Shown: positions 18,823-30,068, numbered from the stretch's first letter. The stretch: DNA of 64,000 nucleotides from Candidatus Poribacteria bacterium (GCA_036339735.1 JAYZAL010000047.1:76779-140778), one strand, 5' to 3'. A program made the numbers and translations. The notes: a model not told the origin generated them from the letters alone.

Positions 18823-20103
18823 TTGATGTTGACTGTTAGGCGTGCTTTTCGACAATCTGGATCACCGAAAGCAAAAGCTCTATTCCTTGTTATTGCTCTT
18901 GGATCTTGGTTTCTTTACTTTTTCTCTCACCGAATTTTTGACCGAACTGCCCCCAAATTAACTATCAACAATTTAACTGATGGCGAAACTTTGAAAACTT
19001 CACTACTACTCGAAATTACAGCCAGCGACCAGAGAGCTGGTATCAAAGACCTATACCTACAAATCAACGATGAGCAACCTCAAAAACTGCAAAAATTACC
19101 AAAACAAACAATCAAACGTGCCCGTGAATATAATTATGACCTATCTGGCTTAGAGGATGGGCCGTATCAGCTGACTATTACCGCACTAGACAGAGCATTC
19201 CGAACAAACGAGAGCTATTTGCATGTCAGTTTTTCTGTAGATCGCAACCCACCCCAAATCCATTTTACGACCAAGCCAAAAATTGGTCTTCAAGGTAATA
19301 CTATAGCAGTCTTTATTGTGAGTAACGAGCTACTAGGATCAATTGAAGCCAATATGTTTGGAAAAGTACAGACCTTCTACCCACTACCGGTGTCAGGAAA
19401 AAGTTCTGAATACTACTGGTATCGATGTTTAGTGGGCATTGGTGTTACACAGCAAATTGGCTATCATTCCCTTGATTTGATAGCTACTGACAGGGTTGGA
19501 AACCAAAGTACAGCGGCGTTTGTTGTGGAAATCGAAAAAAATGAGTTTGAACGAGGTGGTTATATCAAACTATCACCCCAAAAACAGAAACTTATGCTAG
19601 ACAAAAGCAAAAGCCGCTCAGATAATGCTAAACGCGGTCAGGCTTATACGGTGTCGGAACAGACTACACAACAACTGTGGAACGGTCATTTTATCCGTCC
19701 TGCTTCTGGTATACTAACTTCACCCTTTGGTAAATACCGGGAATATAACACAGGTGTCAAAAGGCATCACCTGGGCACCGATATTGCCAATCAAACTGGT
19801 ACTGCTATCTACGCCAGCAACACTGGTGTGATTACGTTGGCCGAGAGACTACACATATACGGTTATAGTATTATAATTAATCATGGGCAAGGTGTATCGA
19901 CCAGCTATAGTCATCTTAGTAAAATTGAGGTGGCTGTAGGTGATAATGTTGCAAAAGATCAGCTAATTGGTTTAATGGGAGCAACTGGACAAGTTACGGG
20001 CCCCCACTTACATTGGCATATGGCTGTCAATGGTGTTGCGGTAGCTCCCGAGCAATGGACAGAAGTGAACTTTTCAAGCCCTAAGAGTAAAACCCCGAAT
20101 TGA
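18823..20103 (+). CDS. Membrane-anchored M23 metallopeptidase with Ig-like domains
   Basis: N-terminal TM. M23 zinc motifs HHLGTD, YSHL and TGPHLHW. Confidence 0.9.
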   Translation: MMLTVRRAFRQSGSPKAKALFLVIALGSWFLYFFSHRIFDRTAPKLTINNLTDGETLKTSLLLEITASDQRAGIKDLYLQINDEQPQKLQKLPKQTIKRAREYNYDLSGLEDGPYQLTITALDRAFRTNESYLHVSFSVDRNPPQIHFTTKPKIGLQGNTIAVFIVSNELLGSIEANMFGKVQTFYPLPVSGKSSEYYWYRCLVGIGVTQQIGYHSLDLIATDRVGNQSTAAFVVEIEKNEFERGGYIKLSPQKQKLMLDKSKSRSDNAKRGQAYTVSEQTTQQLWNGHFIRPASGILTSPFGKYREYNTGVKRHHLGTDIANQTGTAIYASNTGVITLAERLHIYGYSIIINHGQGVSTSYSHLSKIEVAVGDNVAKDQLIGLMGATGQVTGPHLHWHMAVNGVAVAPEQWTEVNFSSPKSKTPN

Positions 20104-20386
20104 CCCTTTAATCGCTCCCAGTGCTTCCACGGCAATTTAGCCAAGACGGATAGAACCTTTTTGCCAATTTGCTACGACTGAGAGAGGAGCGGCTCATTTA
20201 ATCTAATCATTACTTAGCAAATTGATCGTTCAGAGATTAACAGTAATCAAAAGCAACATGGAGGATTCGAGATATCGAATAGGACCAATAATATAACATG
20301 GTGAAGCGAAGTGTACCGACAGCCTTGATCATACTTTCGATTAGCGGTGAAACAGTATATTGTATTGATACTAGAATGTTTCCTTT

Positions 20387-21688
20387 TTATATCTCAGTCT
20401 TTCCAATCTGTTCAATTCCTGAGAGATAAGGTTGCAGCACCTTTGGTATGCGAATTGTACCGTCGGCCCGTTGGTTATTTTCTAGTAGTGCAATCATTAC
20501 ACGAGGTAAAGCTAAGCCAGAAGCATTTAGCGTATGGACGAACTCCGGTTTTGCCCCTTTCTCTGGCCGGTAGCGGATATTAGCTCGTCGGGACTGAAAG
20601 TCTTCAAAATTACTACAAGACGAAATTTCCAAGAATCGTTCTTGTCCTGCGGCCCAAGCTTCTATGTCATAACACTTAGCAGCAGAAAAACCAAGATCAC
20701 CTGTACATAGAGAAATTACTCGATAGGGTATCCCCAATGCTTGAACCACATCTTCAGCATCAGCCAACAAGGATTCATGTTCATCATAGCTACTTTCAGG
20801 CGTAGTGAATTTCACCATTTCTACTTTGTCAAACTGATGCAATCGGGTCAGCCCACGTGTGTCTTTTCCATAAGACCCTGATTCCCTGCGAAAACAGGGT
20901 GTGTAAGCAGTATAGTAAGTGGGGATTTGTTCTGGTTGCAAAATTTCGTTCGCTAATAAGTTGGTTACTGGGACTTCAGCTGTCGGAATCAGAAATAGGT
21001 CATTATCAGGATTTTCACCATCAGTATCACAACGATACATATCGTCCTCAAACTTGGGTAATTGTCCTGTTCCTCTCATAGCAGTTCGGTTAGCAATAAA
21101 TGGAGGTGAGACCTCAACATACTTATGCTTGTTAGTATGCAAATCAAGCATAAAATTAATTAATGCCCTTTCCAGCCTTGCTCCCAAACCAGTAAAGAGA
21201 ACAAAATTACTTCCGGAAACCTTAGCACCTCTTTGAAAATTGATTAATTCATTCTGTTCAGCCAATTCCCAATGTGGCTTAGGGGTAAAATCAAAACTTG
21301 GTATTTCCCCCCAGCGTTTGATTTCAAGATTTTCGTTTTCATCCGAACCCACAGGTACACTTTGGTGAGGTACATTAGGTAAATACATAAGAACCTGATT
21401 AACTTCTTTTTTCAGTTGGCGAGCCTCTTCACCTAGTTGCTTTATTTGGTTGGAAACTTGCTTCATCTCTGTGATTAGGCCTGACGCGTCTTGACTTTGT
21501 TTTTTAAAAAGTCCAATTTGTTTTGAAACATCGTTTTGTCGATGACGCAGATCTTCGACTTGCTTTTGAGTATCTAACCACTGTTGATCCGTAGCCAGCA
21601 GACGATCCAAGTCAACGTCGGTGCCACGATCACTGAGCATCTGGCGAACGACATCAGCATTCTGCCGTATGAACTTGAGATCTAGCAT
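20387..21688 (-). CDS. serS: Serine--tRNA ligase
   Basis: True start MLDLKFIRQN with a GGAG SD. Motifs LIPTAEVP, FRRESGSYGKDTRGL, HQFDKVE and EISSCSN. Confidence 0.97.
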   Translation of the reverse strand: MLDLKFIRQNADVVRQMLSDRGTDVDLDRLLATDQQWLDTQKQVEDLRHRQNDVSKQIGLFKKQSQDASGLITEMKQVSNQIKQLGEEARQLKKEVNQVLMYLPNVPHQSVPVGSDENENLEIKRWGEIPSFDFTPKPHWELAEQNELINFQRGAKVSGSNFVLFTGLGARLERALINFMLDLHTNKHKYVEVSPPFIANRTAMRGTGQLPKFEDDMYRCDTDGENPDNDLFLIPTAEVPVTNLLANEILQPEQIPTYYTAYTPCFRRESGSYGKDTRGLTRLHQFDKVEMVKFTTPESSYDEHESLLADAEDVVQALGIPYRVISLCTGDLGFSAAKCYDIEAWAAGQERFLEISSCSNFEDFQSRRANIRYRPEKGAKPEFVHTLNASGLALPRVMIALLENNQRADGTIRIPKVLQPYLSGIEQIGKTEI

Positions 21689-21754
21689 GGTAAGTACTCC
21701 TTGGCAGGGCCGGTAATAATTAAACTGAAAAATTGGCAGGCGAAGAACAAAAGC

Positions 21755-21792
21755 AAAAAACACGGGTGAGGAAGGTACCTCGCCCGTGTTTT
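21755..21792 (-). terminator. Intrinsic terminator after the tRNA pair
   Basis: Hairpin ACACGGGCGAGG-loop-CCTCACCCGTGT followed by a T-run on the minus strand. Confidence 0.8.
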
Positions 21793-21797
21793 CTTGA

Positions 21798-21872
21798 CGA
21801 CCCCGACGAGATTTGAACTCGCGACCTTTTGCGTGACAGGCAAATATGCTAACCAGGCTACACCACGGGGCC
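21798..21872 (-). tRNA. tRNA-Asp(GTC)
   Basis: GGCCCCG/CGGGGTC acceptor stem, anticodon loop CTGTCAC, T-loop GTTCAAATC. Followed by TCA rather than CCA. Confidence 0.96.
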
Positions 21873-21883
21873 ACTTTCTTGCT

Positions 21884-21960
21884 TGGTAGGCGGAACAGGA
21901 TTCGAACCTGTGACTTCTGCCTTGTAAGGGCAGCGCTCTAACCAGCTGAGCTACCCGCCC
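21884..21960 (-). tRNA. tRNA-Val(TAC)
   Basis: GGGCGGG acceptor stem, anticodon arm CTGCC-CTTACAA-GGCAG, T-loop GTTCGAATC, encoded CCA. Confidence 0.97.
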
Positions 21961-21974
21961 GAAAAGCGAACCAC

Positions 21975-22004
21975 AGTATATGTCACTGGCCTTTATATTG
22001 TCAA
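21975..22004 (-). promoter_or_regulatory. sigma70-type promoter for the tRNA-Val/tRNA-Asp operon
   Basis: TTGACA-18 nt-TATACT, ending 14 nt upstream of tRNA-Val. Confidence 0.7.
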
Positions 22005-22158
22005 GAGAAAATTGCTTTTTTCAGTAAAATAGCCAAGCGAACGAAAAGTAGAACTATGATAGGAAAATAACTAGGAACAAGTTAAAACGCTAACCGTTTC
22101 TATTGTCAGCAGTGTCTTAGCTTGTGTATAATTGGCGGTCTCAGGTAGGAGGTTGTTA

Positions 22159-23358
22159 GTGAGGATTATACTCTATACTGGGAAAGGAGGAGTTGGAAAA
22201 ACCAGTATTGCGGCATCTACTGGTTTAAAACTGAGCCAGAAAGGTTATAAAACGATAGTTATTTCTTTGGATATGGCTCATTCCTTGTCTGATGCTTTCG
22301 ACTTGGATAACGAGTTAATACACCAGTCTGAAGACCCTGTTCGAAGGATTAATGATCGATTATTCATACAAGAAATCGATATTCAACAGGCTTTAAAACA
22401 ATATTGGTCTGAAGTAACGTCTTACCTGGAGTTAGTGCTTAAAGTCTCAGGTTTAGATCAAATTGTGGCTGAGGAAGTCGCAGTCTTTCCTGGAATGGAA
22501 GAAGTTTGTGCTCTGCTCTATATTAACCAGTATTATCGTCAGAAAAAATATGATGTAATTATCCTAGATTGTGCCCCAACCGGTGAATCCCTGAGATTTG
22601 TCAGCATTCCTACCGTTCTGGACTGGTATATAAGACATATATTCAAAGTTGAGCGACAGCTAGCTGGTGTAGCACGTACCTTTGTTAAAAAAATTGCTTC
22701 AGTTCCTCTACCACAAGACAGTTATTTCCGTAATTTAGAAGATTTGTTTAGCCGTATAGAGGGTGTAGATCAACTGCTATTAGATCCCAAAGTGACCACC
22801 GTTCGCTTAGTTACTAACCCGGAGCAGATGGTAATAAAAGAAACTCAGCGAGCATTTATGTATTTTAGTCTATATGGTTTAGCGGTCGATGCAGTTATCA
22901 TCAATCGTATACTGCTACCGTCAATTGACGATTCCTTTTTCGGGAAATGGAAAAAAACTCAGCAGGAATGCATTCGGCAAGCAGAACTTTACTTCACCAG
23001 GGTACCAATCTGGAAAGTTAACTTGTTTAACGATCAGATTGTGGGTGTAGAGGGACTCAATAAGCTGGGCGATCAACTATATGCAGAAGTTGATCCTATG
23101 ATCATTTATCAGGATGAAACGGCTTATAAATTTAGTAAAAACGGTGAACAGTACCAAATTTCTCTTCTTTTACCTTTCGTACAAAAGGGAGAAATTCTTC
23201 TGGCGAAACGAGCTGAAGAAGTTATCATTGAAATCGGTGGATTTCGTCAACATATTCCATTACCACGCTCTCTAACAGATAAAAAACCGTTGACGGCAAG
23301 ATTAGTAGGAGATCGACTGGTAATCATCTTTGATGATAAACCGAATAGTGGTGATTAA
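22159..23358 (+). CDS. ArsA/GET3-family ATPase with a C-terminal HSP20-like domain
   Basis: Motifs GKGGVGKT, DMAHSLSDAF and DCAPTG. Single NBD plus a beta-sandwich tail. GTG start with an AGGAGG SD. Confidence 0.9.
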   Translation: MRIILYTGKGGVGKTSIAASTGLKLSQKGYKTIVISLDMAHSLSDAFDLDNELIHQSEDPVRRINDRLFIQEIDIQQALKQYWSEVTSYLELVLKVSGLDQIVAEEVAVFPGMEEVCALLYINQYYRQKKYDVIILDCAPTGESLRFVSIPTVLDWYIRHIFKVERQLAGVARTFVKKIASVPLPQDSYFRNLEDLFSRIEGVDQLLLDPKVTTVRLVTNPEQMVIKETQRAFMYFSLYGLAVDAVIINRILLPSIDDSFFGKWKKTQQECIRQAELYFTRVPIWKVNLFNDQIVGVEGLNKLGDQLYAEVDPMIIYQDETAYKFSKNGEQYQISLLLPFVQKGEILLAKRAEEVIIEIGGFRQHIPLPRSLTDKKPLTARLVGDRLVIIFDDKPNSGD

Positions 23359-24113
23359 TGAGGATTTGTATTTTTGCTGATGTTCACGCCAATTTTGAGG
23401 CGCTAAAAGCGGTCTTATTCGATGCTCAATCAGAAATGCCAGATGGTTATATCTGTCTGGGAGATTTAGTCGGTTATGGTGCTACTCCCAACAAAACCAT
23501 TGATCTGATTCGGAGAATCCAGCCTAATCTGGTATTACGGGGTAATCATGATCGGACTATCGTTGATCTACAATACCGTAACCCTACACGCTGGCACCGT
23601 CACCAGCAATTAGAACGATTCAGCCTACTCTGGACACACAATCAAATTACCCCTGAGAACCTGATGTACTTGCAACGTCTACCCGAAGGTCCGCAATGGC
23701 TTGATGAGATACAAGCTGTTCAGTTTGTCCATGGTAGTGCGTTCCAAATTGACGATGATATTCTTACCCAAGGCGATGCCAAGCGTCATCTGAAGAAATC
23801 ACTGAATTGGGTTACATTCTTTGCACATACACATATTGCTGCCATTCATTCGACTAATCAACATTTACCGCTTATCTACCCTGAACCTGATTTTCCTTAT
23901 CCTTTGAGTACTAAGAATCGATATTTAATCAATCCGGGTTCGGTTGGTCAACCTCGTGATATGGATTCAAGAGCTAGCTACGCTATTTTCGACCATGAAT
24001 CTCGTACTATTCACATTAAACGAATCGTATATAATATCAAAGCTGCGCAGGATAAAATTAGGCTAGCGAAACTTCCTAAATGGCATGCCGATCGTATAGC
24101 GAACGGTCGGTAA
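23358..24113 (+). CDS. Calcineurin-like metallophosphoesterase
   Basis: Motifs DVHAN, GDLVGYG, GNHD, HGS, HTH and INPGSVGQPRD. Confidence 0.93.
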   Translation: MRICIFADVHANFEALKAVLFDAQSEMPDGYICLGDLVGYGATPNKTIDLIRRIQPNLVLRGNHDRTIVDLQYRNPTRWHRHQQLERFSLLWTHNQITPENLMYLQRLPEGPQWLDEIQAVQFVHGSAFQIDDDILTQGDAKRHLKKSLNWVTFFAHTHIAAIHSTNQHLPLIYPEPDFPYPLSTKNRYLINPGSVGQPRDMDSRASYAIFDHESRTIHIKRIVYNIKAAQDKIRLAKLPKWHADRIANGR

Positions 24114-24139
24114 TATAAATGAAGCATAGAGAGGAAAAG

Positions 24140-24667
24140 ATGTTAAAATCAACAACGATACTAACCGTTCGACGAGATCATAATGTAGCACTTGGTGGAG
24201 ATGGACAGGTTACCTTAGGGCATACGGTTGTCAAGCATGGCGCTAAAAAGATTAGGAAAATACATCAAGATAACGTCATGATTGGTTTTGCAGGCTCAGC
24301 GGCGGATGGTCTCAGCCTCTTTGAAAAACTGGAAAAAAAGTTAGGGCAACACCGGCACCTGCAACGTGCGGCCTATGAATTGGTTCAAGATTGGCGTGGC
24401 GATCGGGTTCTACGACGTGTTGAAGCCCTTATGATCGCTGCAGATATTGAAGATTCTTATTTGATTTCTGGCAATGGTGATTTGATCACTTCTGATGACG
24501 GTATATTAGCAATTGGATCTGGCGGTAATTACGCACTTGCTGCAGCACGCGCACTCCTAGAAAATACCGACTTGTCTCCAGCACAAATCGTTTCCAAGGC
24601 TCTAAAAATTACCAGCCAAATTTGTATTTATACCAATGATCAAATTGAAATTATTGAGCTAACTTAA
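24140..24667 (+). CDS. hslV: ATP-dependent protease subunit HslV
   Basis: Catalytic TTIL after a short propeptide, plus [25 protein letters not shown] and CIYTN. Confidence 0.96.
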   Translation: MLKSTTILTVRRDHNVALGGDGQVTLGHTVVKHGAKKIRKIHQDNVMIGFAGSAADGLSLFEKLEKKLGQHRHLQRAAYELVQDWRGDRVLRRVEALMIAADIEDSYLISGNGDLITSDDGILAIGSGGNYALAAARALLENTDLSPAQIVSKALKITSQICIYTNDQIEIIELT

Positions 24668-24683
24668 TCAACCATCGTTATTA

Positions 24684-26255
24684 ATGAATAAAATAGGAAA
24701 TTCAATGAACGAAAAACAAACCACTTTGCATGCTGAACCTTCACCGATTAGTGACCTGACAAATGCATTAACACCCAAACAGATTGTGGCTGAATTAGAC
24801 CGGTACATCATAGGCCAAAATGAAGCAAAAAGATCAGTCGCTATAGCCTTACGCAATCGTTCACGTCGCCAAATGCTACCTGAAGATATGAGAGATGAAG
24901 TCGCGCCAAAAAACATTATCATGGTTGGTTCAACGGGAGTTGGAAAAACAGAAATTGCCCGCCGACTAGCAAAGCTCGTGGACGCACCATTTATCAAGGT
25001 TGAAGCTTCGAAATACACCGAAGTTGGCTATGTAGGGCGTGATGTGGAATCCATGATTCGAGACCTAACCGATCTGGCAGTCAACATGGTTAAGTCAGAA
25101 CACACAGTTCGGATGAAAAGTAAAGCTGACCGAATGGCTGAGGAACGAATTCTGGATATTTTATTTCCTCCACCTCGTTCTCAGTCTCCATCTGATTCAG
25201 AAGATACAAGTCAGGCCCAATCGAAAGTGGAAGAAGGCGGAACCGTCTTGGAAATCTATATTGGAGACAGCTCAGATGATGGAGCAGAGGCTACATCATC
25301 AACGAATACTGATCTTGAGGTTAACCCAAGAACTTCAGAAGATGATCAAGCAAAAAAAGCACAAGAGCGGTATAAAAAGACACGAGACAAATTTCGTCAA
25401 ATGTTACAAGACGGAAAATTTGAAGACAAAGAAGTAGAAGTAGAGGTCAAAACGCGTGGCAACACGCCTTTAATTGAAATTTTTTCATCCAGCGGTATTG
25501 AAGAAATGGATATCAATTTCAAAGATATGTTCGGTAGTATGATGCCCAAAAACTCTCGTAAAAGGCAAGTGAGCGTTAGTGAAGCTCGAGAAATTTTGGC
25601 TCAAGAAGAAGCCGAGAAATTGATTGACGTCGACGCGGTTGTAGTAGAAGCAGTGGATCGGGTAGAAAATTCTGGTATCGTATTTCTAGATGAAATAGAT
25701 AAAGTCGCAGGGAGAGAATCAACAGCTGGTCCTGATGTCTCGCGTGAGGGAGTACAAAGGGATATTTTACCCATTGTCGAAGGTTCAAATGTGATGACAA
25801 AACACGGAATGGTAAAAACCGACCACATACTGTTCGTGGCCGCAGGTGCGTTTCACACATCGAAACCATCAGACCTAATCCCAGAACTCCAAGGGCGTTT
25901 TCCGATTCGTGTTTCACTGAAAAGTCTGGACCAAAAGGATTTTAAAAAGATTTTAACTGAACCTAAAAATGCTTTAACAAAACAATATATTGCTATGATG
26001 AAGACAGAAGATCTCAATGTGGATATCACAGAGTCTGCCGTAGATACTATCTCTGGTTTGGCTTTCCAAGTCAACGAATCAGTGGAAGATATTGGAGCCA
26101 GACGATTGCATACCATTATGGAAAAGTTATTTGAACAAATATCATTTGATGCACCGGATATTGAAGATAAACAAATCTGTATTGATGCGGAATATGTAGA
26201 TGAACAGTTAGCCGAAATCGCTCAAAATCAGGACCTCAGCCGTTATATCCTTTAA
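24684..26255 (+). CDS. hslU: ATP-dependent protease ATPase subunit HslU
   Basis: Motifs [47 protein letters not shown] and terminal DLSRYIL. Start is 24684 or 24705. Confidence 0.97.
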   Translation: MNKIGNSMNEKQTTLHAEPSPISDLTNALTPKQIVAELDRYIIGQNEAKRSVAIALRNRSRRQMLPEDMRDEVAPKNIIMVGSTGVGKTEIARRLAKLVDAPFIKVEASKYTEVGYVGRDVESMIRDLTDLAVNMVKSEHTVRMKSKADRMAEERILDILFPPPRSQSPSDSEDTSQAQSKVEEGGTVLEIYIGDSSDDGAEATSSTNTDLEVNPRTSEDDQAKKAQERYKKTRDKFRQMLQDGKFEDKEVEVEVKTRGNTPLIEIFSSSGIEEMDINFKDMFGSMMPKNSRKRQVSVSEAREILAQEEAEKLIDVDAVVVEAVDRVENSGIVFLDEIDKVAGRESTAGPDVSREGVQRDILPIVEGSNVMTKHGMVKTDHILFVAAGAFHTSKPSDLIPELQGRFPIRVSLKSLDQKDFKKILTEPKNALTKQYIAMMKTEDLNVDITESAVDTISGLAFQVNESVEDIGARRLHTIMEKLFEQISFDAPDIEDKQICIDAEYVDEQLAEIAQNQDLSRYIL

Positions 26256-26676
26256 ATCTAATTTTCATTTGTTCAACTTGATTTATTTATCTTGCTTTCC
26301 AAGATAATATCTTCCGTACACAGGTTATGCGAATTCGTCATTAAGTATCAGTTCGTCCACCCCATATAGTTCTAGGAGCCAAATCATGAAAATTCCATTC
26401 AGAATTCTAATTGGGTCATCAAGTTACTAGATCGTAATATAGAACGATACTCGATCTAATTTCTTTTGCTCGGTGAATTTCAGGTTTGGCAATGTGTGTG
26501 CCCCTGTCTGTGAAACAAAATTTAGTTGGTCGATTAACGGTTTTAAATAAGACGTTTTTCTGATTAAATTTCTGTTCATTGGTCATTCTATCTCATTTAT
26601 GATTAGAGACCATCTATCTCATTTTTTACTTTAGGGAAACCTTCAATCACGTTAGAATGGGATAAAACAAGTGAAA

Positions 26677-26702
26677 AATTAGGTAATTAGGTAATTAGGT
26701 AA
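26677..26702 (+). repeat. Tandem 8-mer (AATTAGGT)x3 directly upstream of a Shine-Dalgarno
   Basis: Sequence aattaggt aattaggt aattaggt aaggag. Confidence 0.8.
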
Positions 26703-26710
26703 GGAGTATA

Positions 26711-27439
26711 ATGCGAGTAAAATCATCGAACCTGACCATACGCGTGATGACTTACAATATCCATCATGCAGAGGGAATCGACGGAAATATAAACTTGGAT
26801 CGTATTGCCAACCTGATTAATTCTTCTTGTGCCAATTTCGTTGGGTTACAAGAAGTTGATCGGTATGCCAACCGGTCTAACAATCTCGATATGGTGTTAG
26901 AACTCGCTCGCTTAACCGGTATGTATTGGGCTTTTGGAAAAAACCTTGAACTCAACAACGGCGACTATGGTAATGCTATTCTCTCTTCTTATCCTATCTT
27001 AAATCAAAAGAACAGGAATTATAAAATGATTAGATCCTCTGAGCGCCGTGGCCTACTTCAAGTGCTGGCAAAATTTGGAAATAAAGAAATTGTATTCATG
27101 AATACTCACATTGATCATTGCATAGATGATGCAGAATCAATTTCTAACGCTGAAGAGATAAAAGAATCCATAAATTCCCACAGAAATAGTCCTGTAATTG
27201 TCTGTGGTGATTTCAACAAAACGCCTGAAAGCCCGATGGTCAAAGAAATGGAGCTCGATTTAACAAACGTGTCCACTTTTGATGATCGACCATTTCTAAC
27301 ATACCCCTCTAGCAATCCAGAAACTCAAATTGACCATATTTTCACGTCAAAAGACTGGAAAATTCATTCTGTAGAAATACTTCAATCTCTTGCGTCTGAT
27401 CACCTTCCTCTTGTTGCAGAAATTTCCTTGAATGGATAA
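26711..27439 (+). CDS. Endonuclease/exonuclease/phosphatase family protein
   Basis: Motifs MTYNIH, GLQEVD, YGNAILS, NTHID, GDFN, IDHIF and SDHLP. Confidence 0.93.
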   Translation: MRVKSSNLTIRVMTYNIHHAEGIDGNINLDRIANLINSSCANFVGLQEVDRYANRSNNLDMVLELARLTGMYWAFGKNLELNNGDYGNAILSSYPILNQKNRNYKMIRSSERRGLLQVLAKFGNKEIVFMNTHIDHCIDDAESISNAEEIKESINSHRNSPVIVCGDFNKTPESPMVKEMELDLTNVSTFDDRPFLTYPSSNPETQIDHIFTSKDWKIHSVEILQSLASDHLPLVAEISLNG

Positions 27440-27773
27440 TAATCATGATAATTGACTTCAGCGACCACATATTAACAAGTAAGAAATCAGCGAAATAGAA
27501 TCAGAAAGAATAGACAAAGTTGCTTCAGGTTAAGCTGTATATTGAAATAAACTATCGATTATAGAACTTTCTGATAAAATAAGGGTAAATACGGCTTATT
27601 GATTTTGAAAAGTCGTAAATGGAAGAGATGTAAAAACCCACCAAAAGGAGCTAACCTAATCTGGAAGTTGGCCGGTGAGTTCTATGCATACGAGTTGCGG
27701 ATTCTGTATCCAAGGTGTCTTGGAACCGAAGAGTAGCGGTCTTATTTTTCAGTGATAAAGAAATTAGGAAGTA

Positions 27774-28580
27774 ATGTCAGCCATTCTAACTCACGACCAC
27801 TTTGCAAAACTAGAAAGAGATAGTTATATTATCATTCATAATTTTTTATCTGAAACAGAGAGGTCAGAAATTGCTGCAGCAATTCGTCGTATCTTGCCAC
27901 CTTGGTCAGATTTGGAAGACAAAACAAAAACTAGCGACGCCACTTATTTCCCTTACGAAGAACAATGTCTCAACCGGGCTATTCTCAATCGTGAATGCAT
28001 CCGTTTTTCACAAAAATGGCTTGGCACTAAAAAAATTCACTACCGACCTGGTCTGGCTTTAGTTCGGTATCCTGGGTTTAAGGGATATTCCAATAAACCA
28101 CACATAGATAATGGAAATAATTCCCTTCTGCCCCCGAACGAACTGGACCAAAATCATGGCCAACTCAATTTTTGGTTTTACCCAGAAGATGTGGCTGAAG
28201 ATCAAGCACCAACTTACCTGTTAAAAAAGTCAGACGGTCAAGATATGGAACGCGCAAAAAAGTTCGTTGCACCTGGTGGATCGTTAGCTATTTTCACAAA
28301 TTACAACTGGCATTCAGCTGGTGATTACTTGCGGGACGACGGACAACGATATGTATGGAAATTTGCCTATGGAAGGGCCGACCATCCCTGGGAGGGCGTC
28401 CTTCACTATACCAACGTTGGTCAAAACTCACATTTTCGCCACTTCATTGGTTTATTAACGCCTAAGGAAAGAGAATTCTTTCGCTTTCCACCGGTAGGAC
28501 ATCCTTATTATACTTTACAGACCCTTGAAGCCTTGTCGAAACAGTATCCGGGGTGGGATAAAAAAGAATACCTGAAATAA
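27774..28580 (+). CDS. PhyH-like 2OG-Fe(II) dioxygenase
   Basis: HxD motif PHIDN, distal His in NWHSA followed by Arg, and an N-terminal 'LERDSYIIIHNFLS' typical of PhyH. Confidence 0.75.
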   Translation: MSAILTHDHFAKLERDSYIIIHNFLSETERSEIAAAIRRILPPWSDLEDKTKTSDATYFPYEEQCLNRAILNRECIRFSQKWLGTKKIHYRPGLALVRYPGFKGYSNKPHIDNGNNSLLPPNELDQNHGQLNFWFYPEDVAEDQAPTYLLKKSDGQDMERAKKFVAPGGSLAIFTNYNWHSAGDYLRDDGQRYVWKFAYGRADHPWEGVLHYTNVGQNSHFRHFIGLLTPKEREFFRFPPVGHPYYTLQTLEALSKQYPGWDKKEYLK

Positions 28581-28677
28581 TTCGGGATGAATGTTAGGTT
28601 CACTGGCTATAGAGAGCCTATTCATCTCGAAAAATCAGTTTAATTCAACAAAAGTCAATTATAATTAGGAGGAATAT

Positions 28678-30045
28678 ATGTCAGAGACTTTAAAATTTAT
28701 CTTAGACGAAAAAGAAATTCCAGAAGCCTGGTACAACATTGCTTCAGATTTACCAGAACCACCGCCACCTGTTCTCCATCCTGGAACTGGACAACCAATT
28801 GGACCAGACGACTTAGCTCCACTTTTTCCAATGTCCTTGATCGGTCAGGAAGTTTCAACAGAAAGAGACATTGAAATACCAGACGAAGTCCGGGAGATCT
28901 ACAAACAATGGCGCCCAACACCTCTTCATCGTGCAAAACGACTAGAAAAAGCTCTCGATACTCCGGCGAAGATTTACTACAAATATGAAGGAAGTAGTCC
29001 TGCTGGATCTCACAAGCCAAATACGGCTATAGCTCAGGCCTATTACAATAAAGCCGAAGGGGTAAAACGATTAACCACTGAAACAGGGGCAGGTCAATGG
29101 GGATCAGCATTATCTCTAGCGTGCTCCTTTTTTGAGCTTGAATGTAAAGTTTTTATGGTCCGTGTGAGCTATGAACAAAAACCTTATCGAAGGGCCTTTA
29201 TTGAGTCTTATGGTGCCGATGTCACAGCTAGCCCAAGTAAGGAAACAGACTCAGGTAAAGCCATACTGGAAAATGACCCCAACACCACAGGCTCTTTAGG
29301 GATTGCTATTTCTGAAGCTGTCGAGTTAGCTGCGAAGGATGAAAATACGAAGTATGCACTTGGTAGCGTTTTAAACCATGTTTTAACGCATCAAACAGTA
29401 ATTGGCTTAGAAACCATGAAACAGTTAGAAATGGCTGGCGACTATCCCGACGTGATTGTTGGTTGTACCGGCGGGGGGTCGAATTTCGCAGGAATAACAT
29501 TTCCATACATTGGACAAAAACTAAGAGGTGAAACCAATCTAAGAATTATTGCGGTTGAGCCTGCTGCTTGTCCGTCGTTGACTAAGGGTAAATTTGCCTA
29601 TGATTTCGGCGACACAGCTCATATGACACCACTGGTCAAAATGCATACTCTTGGTAGTATGTTTGTACCAGAAGGTATCCATGCTGGTGGGCTACGTTAT
29701 CATGGTATGGCACCAATGGTAAGCCACCTCTTGGATATAGGTCAAATTGAAGCTATTGCGACACCACAGTTAGAAACCTTCTCCGCCGGGCTCCAGATTG
29801 CTAAAGCAGAAGGTATCATCCCCGCACCAGAAGCAAACCATGCAGTCGCAGGCGCCATTCGTGAAGCCTTACGTTGCAAAGAAGAGGGGCGAAGCGAAAC
29901 AATCCTATTCAATTTATGTGGACATGGTCATTTCGATATGCAAGCATATAGTGACTACAATGCAGGCAAGTTGAAAGACTATGAATATCCCGATGAAGAA
30001 ATCGCAATGGCATTGTCCGGGCTACCCAGTATTTCTTCTTCATAA
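28678..30045 (+). CDS. trpB2: Tryptophan synthase beta chain 2 (TrpB2)
   Basis: Motifs [41 protein letters not shown] and NLCGHG. Confidence 0.95.
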   Translation: MSETLKFILDEKEIPEAWYNIASDLPEPPPPVLHPGTGQPIGPDDLAPLFPMSLIGQEVSTERDIEIPDEVREIYKQWRPTPLHRAKRLEKALDTPAKIYYKYEGSSPAGSHKPNTAIAQAYYNKAEGVKRLTTETGAGQWGSALSLACSFFELECKVFMVRVSYEQKPYRRAFIESYGADVTASPSKETDSGKAILENDPNTTGSLGIAISEAVELAAKDENTKYALGSVLNHVLTHQTVIGLETMKQLEMAGDYPDVIVGCTGGGSNFAGITFPYIGQKLRGETNLRIIAVEPAACPSLTKGKFAYDFGDTAHMTPLVKMHTLGSMFVPEGIHAGGLRYHGMAPMVSHLLDIGQIEAIATPQLETFSAGLQIAKAEGIIPAPEANHAVAGAIREALRCKEEGRSETILFNLCGHGHFDMQAYSDYNAGKLKDYEYPDEEIAMALSGLPSISSS

Positions 30046-30068
30046 TTTTTGTTGATTTTGACTAAATA

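Noticed and set aside
21689-21874. 62-aa N-terminal extension of serS in the ORF track
   Set aside because: It runs through tRNA-Asp and its terminator. The conserved SerRS start MLD with an SD is at 21688.
22159-23358. Arsenic-resistance ATPase arsA
   Set aside because: Single NBD with an HSP20-like tail and no ars operon genes, so the symbol was withheld.
27620-27745. Glycine-riboswitch-like words (GGAAGAGA...CACCAAAAGGAGCTAA)
   Set aside because: The conserved CTCTCAGG strand and pairing stems are missing. An Rfam/Infernal scan would settle it.
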